Of a stretch of 64,000 nucleotides of DNA, positions 9,014 to 17,508 are shown piece after piece. Positions within the stretch are counted from its first letter, which is position 1, and each line of letters starts with the position of its first letter. Location: contig CAVPIB010000001.1 in the NCBI GenBank assembly GCA_963704885.1, positions 384,001 through 448,000 on the forward strand. Direction: 5' to 3'. Source of the DNA: an uncultured Actinomycetes bacterium. Its GTDB lineage: Bacteria; Actinomycetota; UBA4738; HRBIN12. Position numbers and translations under genes: made by a program. The notes under the pieces were generated by a model, which saw only the letters and a program-made list of their open reading frames with translations, was not told the DNA's origin and ran no database searches.

Positions 9014-9057
9014 GGGGACTGCTGCAGCCACTATCGGGGGACCACCTATCGGGGGAC
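9014..9057. promoter_or_regulatory. Direct-repeat operator in the divergent peptide/kinase 2 promoter region
   Basis: Exact 12-bp repeat CTATCGGGGGAC at 9031-9042 and 9046-9057; a third GGGGAC half-site at 9014-9019. Confidence 0.6.
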
Positions 9058-9152
9058 AAGCCGGGCATAGGTACTACGGCAGATGCAGTACCCTCGCGGA
9101 CTACGGCCTATCTTGCTTCCAAACCGCCTGGTGAGCGTCCAAGATTGCGCGT

Positions 9153-10676
9153 ATGGCGTCTGGCGAAGATGTCCGGCATCCCGCGCTCCTAACCGCGTTC
9201 GAGCTCGCAATCATCGTGCCGACGATAGTCGGCGGGATAGCGCTGGCTTACAGACAGCCCTCGGAGTTCGACGCCGCACTCCTCATCTGGGCCGGGCTCG
9301 TTGCCATCGTGGAGCTGCTGCCGGTCCCCGCTTGGCGAGGACTCACGATCAGTCTCGGCTTCCCGTTGCTCATGATGGTGGGGATCCTCTATGCCCCGAT
9401 AGCCGCGGCAGCTACGGCGTTCGTTGGTACCGCGGACCCTCGTGAGTTCAGGCGAGAGATCAGTGGCTTGAAGGCTGTGTTCAATCGCTCTCAGGTGGCG
9501 GTATCGGTCTTTGCCGCAAGTGCCGTGTATCACGCCATCGCAGGGAGCTACCCTGAAGAGGGATTCGGAGGAACCGCCTACCTAGGCATCTTGGCTGCGA
9601 TGGCTGCTTCGGTGGCCGACTACTTGGTCAACAGCGGGACCGTAACCATCTATGTCTCTCTGAAGACAGGACTCCGCCCGTGGAGGGTGATTAGGGAACT
9701 TCGGATCGGGAGGCTGAGCGAGTTCCTCGTCAGCTACCTAGGACTCGGAGTCTTCGGGCTCGCCCTTGCCGTCCTCTTTACCCAGGTCAGGTTCTGGGTC
9801 CTGCCGACCGTATTCCCACCACTGATATTCGCGCGTCAGATGTTCTTCCGGAGTCAGGCGCTGGAGGAAGCTCACAAGGAACTTCAGGAACGTGAGCAGG
9901 TCTTGCGGTCGCTATCGAACGCCATGGCTGAGGAGCGAGCCGACGAGCGGCAGAGGATCGCCGCCTACCTGCACGACGACCTTGCTCAGGTGCTCTTCCG
10001 GCTTTCTATCCAGGTGGACGTGGCCCGCAAGCTGCTGGACAAGGGCGACGTCGACGAGACCGCCAATCAGCTAGAGAAGATCCGCGAGTCGAAGCAAGAC
10101 ACCTCAGATCGCATCCGCGCCTTGATCCGCGACCTGCACCGATCCCCGCTCGGAGCCAAGGGCTTGGCCGAGGCACTGGAGTCATTCACGGACGAGGTCG
10201 GGCGCGACTCGGGCGTGCGCTTCCACCGCGACGTGGAGGACGTTCCCATGCCCGCGCCGATCGCGCTCCTCATCTATCACATCGCTCGCGAGGGCCTGAT
10301 GAACGCGCTGAAGCACGCGCAGGCGACCGACATGTGGGTCGCGGTCAGTGGAAGCGACGAGTTCCTCGAACTCCAACTCCGCGATAACGGCAAGGGGTTC
10401 GACACGAGCGCACCCGGCCCCGAGGGGCACTTCGGCATGGCCATGATGAGCGAGCGCGCTCAGGTCGGTGGTGGAACGTTCGAGGTCTTCAGCGTCCCCG
10501 GACAGGGCACCACCATCACCGTGAAGTTCCCGACCTCCCTACTTCAGCAGGAGCCGGCTTCGGAGCCGACGGGCGGCGGCTCGGCCCCCGGTATTTCTGG
10601 GTCGAACGGGCCGGCTGGGTTACCCCCGCCCTCGGAGCCCGCAGCCGACGGCTCGCGCGGATCCGTCCACGTGTGA
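9153..10676 (+). CDS. Multi-TM sensor histidine kinase, NarL/HisKA_3 type (kinase 2), paralogue of 7398-8822
   Basis: DPREFRREIS..VFNRSQVA membrane motif; H-box ERQRIAAYLHDDLAQ; HIAREGLMNALKHA, RDNGKGFD, HFGMAMMSERA. Confidence 0.93.
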   Translation: MASGEDVRHPALLTAFELAIIVPTIVGGIALAYRQPSEFDAALLIWAGLVAIVELLPVPAWRGLTISLGFPLLMMVGILYAPIAAAATAFVGTADPREFRREISGLKAVFNRSQVAVSVFAASAVYHAIAGSYPEEGFGGTAYLGILAAMAASVADYLVNSGTVTIYVSLKTGLRPWRVIRELRIGRLSEFLVSYLGLGVFGLALAVLFTQVRFWVLPTVFPPLIFARQMFFRSQALEEAHKELQEREQVLRSLSNAMAEERADERQRIAAYLHDDLAQVLFRLSIQVDVARKLLDKGDVDETANQLEKIRESKQDTSDRIRALIRDLHRSPLGAKGLAEALESFTDEVGRDSGVRFHRDVEDVPMPAPIALLIYHIAREGLMNALKHAQATDMWVAVSGSDEFLELQLRDNGKGFDTSAPGPEGHFGMAMMSERAQVGGGTFEVFSVPGQGTTITVKFPTSLLQQEPASEPTGGGSAPGISGSNGPAGLPPPSEPAADGSRGSVHV

Positions 10677-11545
10677 CGGCCCCGGGCCGTGACCTCGGCT
10701 ACTTCGGACCCAGCAGCGTCAGCTGGCGAGTCCATCGTGAGGTCACCGTGTTGTTCGGCGGCGCCCGTGCCGTGCTCATGCAGGCAGCGCACCCGTTGGT
10801 CATCGCCGGGGCGCGCGAGACCGGCTTCTACGAGCGCAACCCGTGGAAGAGACTGCAGCGCACGCTGATCCTCACCTACACGATCACGTTCGGCACCAAG
10901 GCTCAGGCCCACGCCGCGGCCGACCGCATCAACGAGGTGCATGCGCGCATCAAGGGCGTGGACGAAGTGACCGGGAAGCCGTACGACGCGCTCGATCCTC
11001 ACCTCCTCTTGTGGGTGCATGCGTGTCTGGTCGATTCAGCCTTGCTCTTCGAGGAGTTGACGGTCGGCAAGCTGGATGCCGCGGGCCGTGAGCGGTTCCA
11101 CCAGGAGCAGATGCTGGCCGCGGAGCTGGTGAAGATCCCACGAGGGATCATCCCCGCGACGGTGCCCGATCTCAGAAGCTACATGCGCGATGTCATACAG
11201 CGAGGCGATCTGTCGGTGACGGACTCGGCCCGTATGGTCGCCGACCTCTTCTTCGATCCTCCGCCCGAGGCGGAGTGGCGTCCCGTTCTGAAAGGCGTGT
11301 CACGCCTGGCGTTCGCAACGCTGCCTCCTCAGCTCCGCGAAGACTTCGGGATCCGGTTGGGCGCGGGGAAGAAGGCGGCCATGCGTGCCACGTTCGCCGC
11401 CACTCGTTTGCTCCGGCCGCTGCTGCCGCCGAAGTACCGGTTCATCGCGCCCTATCAGGAATGGCGCCTGCGGCAGATGGGCAAGGAACCACCGAGCGAG
11501 ATGCAGGCGGCGCTCCGGCGCGTCGGTATCGGACCCGACGACTGA
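10673..11545 (+). CDS. Oxygenase MpaB/DUF2236 family protein
   Basis: YFGPSSVSWRVHRE, AVLMQAAHP, INEVHARIKG, YDALDPHLLLWVHA; GTGA overlap with kinase 2 stop. Confidence 0.88.
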   Translation: MTAPGRDLGYFGPSSVSWRVHREVTVLFGGARAVLMQAAHPLVIAGARETGFYERNPWKRLQRTLILTYTITFGTKAQAHAAADRINEVHARIKGVDEVTGKPYDALDPHLLLWVHACLVDSALLFEELTVGKLDAAGRERFHQEQMLAAELVKIPRGIIPATVPDLRSYMRDVIQRGDLSVTDSARMVADLFFDPPPEAEWRPVLKGVSRLAFATLPPQLREDFGIRLGAGKKAAMRATFAATRLLRPLLPPKYRFIAPYQEWRLRQMGKEPPSEMQAALRRVGIGPDD

Positions 11546-11602
11546 TCACGGCTGAGCCAGCTCCCCCCGACCATCCAAGATCGCTCGTGCCAGACTCCAT
11601 AG

Positions 11603-12382
11603 ATGGATGTGGACGGGTTGCTCTTGGACATCGACGGGGTGCTCGCCGTGTCGTGGGAGCCGATCCCCGGGGCGATCGACACGCTCTCGGAGATCCGCTC
11701 GCGTGGTCTGCCGTTCCGGCTCATCACGAACACCACCACTCACCCCCGGGTCGACCTAGCGGCCACGCTACGGGACGCCGGCTTCGCTGTGGAGCCGGCC
11801 GACATCGTGACCGCGGTCGTGGCGACCGCAGAGCATCTGCGAACGCACCATCCCGGCGCGCGCGTGTTCCTGCTCTCTGACGGCGATGCACGCTCGGACC
11901 TGGAAAGTGTGGCGCTGGTCGGTCCCGACGAGCCGGCAGACGTGGTCGTGATCGGTGGTGGCTGCGATGACTTCAGCTACGCGACCATGAACCACATCTT
12001 CCGGCAGGTGATGGACGGTGCAACGCTGATCGGGATGCACCGCAACATGTATTGGTCCACGAGCGAGGGCCTGCAGTTAGACGGCGGCGCATTCATCGCC
12101 GGCCTAGAGCAGGCGTGCGGCACGCGCGCGACCATCTGCGGGAAGCCGGCGCCCGAGTACTTCAACGCCGCGCTGGAGTTGATGGCCGTGGAGGCCGCCC
12201 GCGCCGCGATGGTCGGCGACGACGTGGTGAACGATGTGCTCGGCGCGCAGGCGGTCGGCATGACCGGCATTCTGGTCCGTACCGGGAAGTTCCGCCCGAC
12301 CGATCTGGAGCGACCTGAGGGCAGACCTGATCACGTGATCGACTCGTTCGCGGATCTTCCTTCGCTGCTGCAGGCGCCCTGA
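11603..12382 (+). CDS. HAD-superfamily IIA hydrolase (LHPP/HDHD2-like)
   Basis: LLDIDGVL, ITNTTT, GKPAPEYF, MVGDDVVNDVLGA, VRTGKFR. Confidence 0.9.
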   Translation: MDVDGLLLDIDGVLAVSWEPIPGAIDTLSEIRSRGLPFRLITNTTTHPRVDLAATLRDAGFAVEPADIVTAVVATAEHLRTHHPGARVFLLSDGDARSDLESVALVGPDEPADVVVIGGGCDDFSYATMNHIFRQVMDGATLIGMHRNMYWSTSEGLQLDGGAFIAGLEQACGTRATICGKPAPEYFNAALELMAVEAARAAMVGDDVVNDVLGAQAVGMTGILVRTGKFRPTDLERPEGRPDHVIDSFADLPSLLQAP

Positions 12383-12386
12383 GCTC

Positions 12387-13112
12387 ATGTCGGATCGCGC
12401 ACGACACGCTCGCAACCTGTTCGCCGGCATCGCGCGTGAGTACGAGTGGATGGGCGCCCTGCTCTCGTTCGGCCAGGACGCGCGCTGGCGACGAACCATG
12501 GTCTCCAAGGTGAACGCCCTCCCCGGCGCGCTGGTACTGGACGTGGCGTCCGGCACTGGGCTCGTCGCGCGCGAGTTGGCCGCGCGCAGGCGCCTGCGGG
12601 TGGTCCAGCTGGATCCGAGCGAGGAGATGGTCCGCGCCGGCATCGGGGTGACGCGGGAGGCGGGGCTGGATCCTCAGGTGCGCCAGGTCCTGGGTCGGGC
12701 CGAGCGCCTGCCGTTCCCCGATGAGTCGTTCGATGCGGTGACGTTCACCTACCTCCTGCGGTACGTGGACGATCCCGAAGAGACCCTTCGCGAGCTGTCG
12801 CGGGTGCTCCGCCCCGGCGGGACGCTCGCGTGTCTGGAGTTCCACCGGCCGGATGAGGGTCCGATGCATGCCGGGTGGTGGGTGTACACGCGCATGGTCA
12901 TGCCTTTGATCGGCGCCGCTGTGTCACCGGCCTGGCGACACACAGGGCGGTTCCTTGGCCGGAGCATCAGCGGGTTCTATCGCCGCAATCCGCTACCCGA
13001 GCAGATCCGCTGGTGGCAGGCGGCAGGACTACGGCACGTTCGGTCCCGTGTGATGTCGGTGGGCGCGGGGATCGTGATCTGGTCGGTGAAGAGCGGACCG
13101 CGTGTCCTCTGA
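12387..13112 (+). CDS. UbiE/MenG-like SAM-dependent methyltransferase
   Basis: LFAGIAREYE..LSFGQDARWRR, VLDVASGTG, AERLPFPDESFDAVT, RVLRPGG, LEF. Confidence 0.85.
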   Translation: MSDRARHARNLFAGIAREYEWMGALLSFGQDARWRRTMVSKVNALPGALVLDVASGTGLVARELAARRRLRVVQLDPSEEMVRAGIGVTREAGLDPQVRQVLGRAERLPFPDESFDAVTFTYLLRYVDDPEETLRELSRVLRPGGTLACLEFHRPDEGPMHAGWWVYTRMVMPLIGAAVSPAWRHTGRFLGRSISGFYRRNPLPEQIRWWQAAGLRHVRSRVMSVGAGIVIWSVKSGPRVL

Positions 13113-13839
13113 GTCGGATCGCGCCGCGTTCTACGCGCTCTCGCCCGGTGGGTGGCGCGACTACTGGAGCCTGCTGCACCCGCCGTACACGCTCTGGCAC
13201 CTGTCCTACGTGGTGCTTGGCGCGGCGCTTGCGCCCAAGGTGAACGTTCGGTGGCTGAGCGAGACGCTGCTGGCCTTCTTCCTGGCGATGGGGGTGGCCG
13301 CACATGCGCTGGACGAGCTCCACGGGCGGCCCCTCGGCACGAGGATCTCCGACCGCGTGCTGTGGATGCTCGTCGGGGTCGGTCTCGCGGGTGCGATCGG
13401 GCTGGGGATAGACGGGGCGAGGCAGGTGACGCCTTGGATATGGGTGTTCATCGTGGCCGGGGTGTTCTTGGTCGTGGCCTACAATCTGGAACTGTTGCGG
13501 GGGGCCATCCACTCCGACCTGTGGTTCGCGCTGGCGTGGGGCGCGTTCCCCGCACTGACGGCGTTCTTCGCGCAGACCGCGAGCGTGACGGTCGCGGCGG
13601 TCGTGTTAGCGGCGGCCTGTGCGGCGCTCTCGGCGGCACAACGAACACTCTCCACGCCGGTCCGGCGACTGCGCCGCCGGGTGGCCGGGGTGCACGGCGA
13701 GATCACGCTGCGGGACGGAACCACGGAACCGCTCGACGCGGAAGCGCTCCGCCACGGCCCCGAGTCCGCCCTGCGCTGGCTGTCGGTGGCCATGCCCCTG
13801 CTCGCGGCCGCCGCGCTGATCGCGCGCCTGGCGAGCTGA
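13102..13839 (+). CDS. Integral membrane protein, UbiA-prenyltransferase-like
   Basis: Multiple TM helices; LLHPPYTLWHLSY, AHALDELHGRPL, AYNLE; overlaps the methyltransferase stop. Confidence 0.6.
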   Translation: MSSESDRAAFYALSPGGWRDYWSLLHPPYTLWHLSYVVLGAALAPKVNVRWLSETLLAFFLAMGVAAHALDELHGRPLGTRISDRVLWMLVGVGLAGAIGLGIDGARQVTPWIWVFIVAGVFLVVAYNLELLRGAIHSDLWFALAWGAFPALTAFFAQTASVTVAAVVLAAACAALSAAQRTLSTPVRRLRRRVAGVHGEITLRDGTTEPLDAEALRHGPESALRWLSVAMPLLAAAALIARLAS

Positions 13840-14161
13840 CACCGCTCAGTCGAGCTGGGGGTGGTGCAATGGGGCCCCGACCAGACCGATGTCGGCGACC
13901 ATGAGGCTCCAACCACCCAGGCGGACACGGCGATCCCGTCGAGCGTCGGCCCAACGAACCCCACGTTCGCCGCCGGTCGGATCGGTAGCACCCTGCATGA
14001 TCAACGGCGCGATACCGAACACGACGCAGCAATGGCGGACCTTCAACACTCACCATATCGGGCACATGAACAGCACGTTCTGAACCGAGGTCAGATGGGC
14101 ACCAAGCCACGAACTCAGAGTCACAGGACAGCAGGTTACCGGCATAAGGAGGGTGGCTGAC

Positions 14162-14846
14162 ATGAAACGACTTGTCCTTCTGACCGTGGCGTTTGGTCTT
14201 GCGCTCAGCGCATGCACTTCGGCCGTGTCGCTCGCCGGTGCCTCCCGGACGTGACGCGCTCGCTGACTTCTCGGCCTACATGCGGCAGTTCGACTATGAC
14301 TATGAGCCGGCCAACACGCCCGCCGATCTGGCCAAGCAAGCGGACGCAGTCGTGACGGGTACCATCGTCGCTGTCACGCCGGGGCAATCCTACGCGCCTG
14401 CGCTCGGCAGCCGGGCCGTCATCGCAACATCGGTGCTTAGAGGTCAAGGTGGAACAGGTTCTGGCTGGTGACGCGAAACTGGCTGCCGACGGCTCGGTCT
14501 ACATCGAGGTCCCCCATCCCGCCTTCGTTGGCACTGGAACCGAAGGCGGCGAAGTGGTCCCGTTCGACCCCTCGCAGCCTTCGCGGCGACGGTTCCCCAG
14601 GCATACGGAGTGTTCTTCCTTAACGACCGAACGAACGAGTCATACTCGGACGTCATCCTCGACGAGGGAGCAGGCAGACCGTCGGGCCGGCGGATCACCG
14701 CGGCATTCGTCCAAGGATTCCTCATCGAGGACGCGAACGGCAAACTCATGAGCGTTACAGAGCCACTTGAGCTGATGCCCCTACCTTGGCAGGCCCTCGA
14801 GTCGGTGGACGACGACGTCGCGCAGATCGCGGCTGCGAGCGACTAG
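14162..14846 (+). pseudogene. Lipoprotein, broken into four frames
   Basis: AAGGAGG SD then MKRLVLLTVAFGLALSAC (lipobox); continues through ORFs 14193.., 14449.. and 14610..14846 (DYEPANTPADLAKQADAVVTGTIV...). Confidence 0.65.
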
Positions 14847-14855
14847 GCCTTCGCA

Positions 14856-16781
14856 TCAACCGGCTCCGATGACTGCCAGCACCTCGTCGGCGTAGCGTTC
14901 GAGCTTGGCTGGCCCGACGCCGGAGATGGCCGCTAGGTCGGCCCAGTCCTGCGGCTTGCGCGCGGCGATCTCCTCCAACGTGGCGTCGTGGAAGACAACA
15001 TACGCGGGTACGCCGTCGGCCTTCGCTCGCGAATGGCGCCACGCCTTCAGCCGATCGAACAACGGTCCGCCGCGTGCCGGCTGGCGCACCGGCGCCGATG
15101 CCCCTCGCCGCGGCGGGCTGGCGGCCGATCGCACCTCCAACTCCTCCAGGAAGGGGCTGGGCTTGGACTTGCCGTCGGTGGGCCATGTGAGGAACAGGAA
15201 CCGACGCGCGCGCGTGATCCCCACGTACAGCAGCCGTCGCTCCTCGTCCGGATCGGCTTTGGCACGTCCGGAGCGGAACGGCAACTCCCCATCCAGAAGG
15301 CGAGGCAGGAACACCGCATCGAACTCCAGTCCTTTCGCGCGGTGGTACGTCAACAGGTTGACACCGCGGCCGGTGTGCTCGGTGGAGAATCGCCGCCCGA
15401 GCTCCTCGATGAAGGCGGCCATGTCGCTCTCCGGATGCGCTGCCCCGAACTCTTCGGCGAGCGCCCGCAGCCGCTCAAGGTCGGCCTGCCGCGTGACCTC
15501 CTCGTCAGCATCGGGTGTGGCCTCTTGGTCGAACCCCAACGCGTCGGTGACTGCGATCATCACCTCGGCCACCCCGCCGGTGGGTGGGCGCCGCAACCGC
15601 TGCAGCACGGCTCGCGGTCCGGGACGCCGCAGGAACGCGCCGTCGCGAACCTGGTACGCGATGCCAGCCGCCGCGAAGGCCTCCTCGAACGGCTCGGATC
15701 GGGCGTTGATCCGGTACAGCACTGCGATCTCTTCCAGAGGCACGTCCTCGTCGCGGAGATCTCCCACGGCCTGCACCACCGCTTCGACCTCCGCCGCATC
15801 GTCGGACACGGATCGTGCGACGGGCTCGGGCCCCGGGGGAACCGTCGACTCCAGCATCTTGCGGAACCCGCCCAGGTGGCCGGCCAGCCGGTTCGCGAAG
15901 TCGAGCACCTCTGGGGTAGAGCGGTAGTTCCGCTCCAGTCTCACGACCGCGGCCGACGGGAAGCGGTCGGAGAAACCCAGCAGGTACCCGGGTGATGCGC
16001 CGGTGAAGCTGTAGATCGTCTGATAGTCGTCGCCCACGACGCAGAGTTCGTCGCGGCTGCCCAGCCAACGATCGAGCAGCGCGGCCTGTAGCGGGTTCAC
16101 GTCCTGGAACTCGTCAACGGTGAACGCGTGGAACCGCGCGCGGACGGCCGAGGCCGCCTCCGGATAGCTGTCGAGCATCTCCACCACCAACCCGAGCATG
16201 TCTTCGAAGTCCATCCGTCCGGTGGCGTCCTTCCGGCGCTCGTACCCCTCGTACACGCGAAGCATCAGCTCGGCGGGTATCGGCGGCTCGTGAGCCGATC
16301 TGGTCAGCTCGCTCAGGTAGCCGTCCGGGGGCACCATCCGGTTCTTGGCCCACTCGATCTCGCCGGCCAGCTCACGTCGCGGCAGGAACTTGTGCGGAGG
16401 AGGGAGCGCGTTGGCGAGCGAGGCGATCAGCGGCGCCTTGTGGTCAAGCACCTCGGGCATCGACCGGCCGGAGTGCGTCTTCCAGAGCCATCGCAGCTGC
16501 GACAGGGCAGCGGAGTGGAACGTTCGAGCGTCCACGCCGTCTGCATCCAAGGCGAGCAGGCGCGTCTTCAGCTCGCGGGCGGCCTTCTCGGTGAACGTGA
16601 CGGCCAGGATCCGCTCGGCGGGGAACGCTCCGGTGGCGACCTGATTGGCGATGCGATGCGTGATGGTGGTGGTCTTGCCCGTCCCGGCTCCGGCCAGGAT
16701 GGCCACGGGGCCGCGGGTGGCTTCCGCCGCCCGACGTTGCTCCTCGTTCAGCCCTTCGAGGATCCGGTCGGCGACCTGCAC
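14856..16781 (-). CDS. uvrD2: ATP-dependent DNA helicase UvrD2 with C-terminal HRDC domain
   Basis: AGAGTGKT, VDEFQD, VVGDDYQTIYSF, NYRST, TYHRAKGLEF, EERRLLYVGITRA, VPAYVVFHDATL. Confidence 0.93.
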   Translation of the reverse strand: MQVADRILEGLNEEQRRAAEATRGPVAILAGAGTGKTTTITHRIANQVATGAFPAERILAVTFTEKAARELKTRLLALDADGVDARTFHSAALSQLRWLWKTHSGRSMPEVLDHKAPLIASLANALPPPHKFLPRRELAGEIEWAKNRMVPPDGYLSELTRSAHEPPIPAELMLRVYEGYERRKDATGRMDFEDMLGLVVEMLDSYPEAASAVRARFHAFTVDEFQDVNPLQAALLDRWLGSRDELCVVGDDYQTIYSFTGASPGYLLGFSDRFPSAAVVRLERNYRSTPEVLDFANRLAGHLGGFRKMLESTVPPGPEPVARSVSDDAAEVEAVVQAVGDLRDEDVPLEEIAVLYRINARSEPFEEAFAAAGIAYQVRDGAFLRRPGPRAVLQRLRRPPTGGVAEVMIAVTDALGFDQEATPDADEEVTRQADLERLRALAEEFGAAHPESDMAAFIEELGRRFSTEHTGRGVNLLTYHRAKGLEFDAVFLPRLLDGELPFRSGRAKADPDEERRLLYVGITRARRFLFLTWPTDGKSKPSPFLEELEVRSAASPPRRGASAPVRQPARGGPLFDRLKAWRHSRAKADGVPAYVVFHDATLEEIAARKPQDWADLAAISGVGPAKLERYADEVLAVIGAG

Positions 16782-16859
16782 GTCTGCGACCCTAACACCC
16801 GCGGGCGACGGCTCCCTCTCGAAGGGACCTGGGCGCCTAATCGGATGGTGCCGCTCCTC

Positions 16860-17435
16860 TCACACGAGCGCGTCGAGCGCGGCGGACAGCTCCTCCACGA
16901 ACGCTGGGTCGGCCTCGGAACCGCCGACCAGCAGCGACAACGCGTAGCCGCCGCGCGTCCACGCAGCGAGGTACCAGGACATGTCCTTGTTCGGGCAGCA
17001 ACCGCTTGGCGTGTGGGCGACCGCGAACGCGCCCAGGATCTCGGGCGGCTCGGCTGCCTCGACCGAGCCGAGCCGGTCGGAGGCGTGCTCCTGCAGCCAC
17101 AACACGTACGCCTCGGCCCCCGTGGCGTTCTCGAACCGCAGCACGCGGGCGACCACCAGCCGTACCTCCCCCTTCGGGTTCGCGAACGTCCGCTGCCTAC
17201 CCGATGCGAAACCTTCTTCATCGAGGAGCGTTGCGAGCGATGCGGGATCCCGGGCCTCCTCCGCGAGCAGCTGGATGTCCACCGTCTCGACGTGCGTCCG
17301 GGAGCTGGGGACGGCCATCGCGGCAAGCACCGGTGGTGGGGCAGGCGGTCGGGCAGATGCGCACGAGGTAGCCAGCGCAGCGGCGGCGAGGAGCAGGGAG
17401 CGAGCCTGCCTTCCTCCGCAACCCTTTACGAACAC
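16860..17435 (-). CDS. Hypothetical lipoprotein
   Basis: LLLAAAALATSC lipobox-like start; coding-like composition; start uncertain. Confidence 0.55.
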   Translation of the reverse strand: MFVKGCGGRQARSLLLAAAALATSCASARPPAPPPVLAAMAVPSSRTHVETVDIQLLAEEARDPASLATLLDEEGFASGRQRTFANPKGEVRLVVARVLRFENATGAEAYVLWLQEHASDRLGSVEAAEPPEILGAFAVAHTPSGCCPNKDMSWYLAAWTRGGYALSLLVGGSEADPAFVEELSAALDALV

Positions 17436-17508
17436 TTCTTCCAGCCGATGGGTGGCGCTATGTCGAAGATGGGGGCATCATACGGCGGGTGAAACGAAGG
17501 GGGAGGGC

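Noticed and set aside
9031-9057. CRISPR-like repeat
   Set aside because: Only two 12-bp copies separated by 3 bp; no spacers or cas genes.
8868-9134. 88-aa plus-strand ORF between the kinases
   Set aside because: No SD or protein-like features; it is antisense to the 27-aa ORF that has a perfect SD and terminator.
8888-13839. Classical RiPP (lanthipeptide, lasso, thiopeptide) cluster
   Set aside because: No recognisable RiPP maturase, RRE, peptidase or exporter; the core lacks Cys/Ser/Thr.
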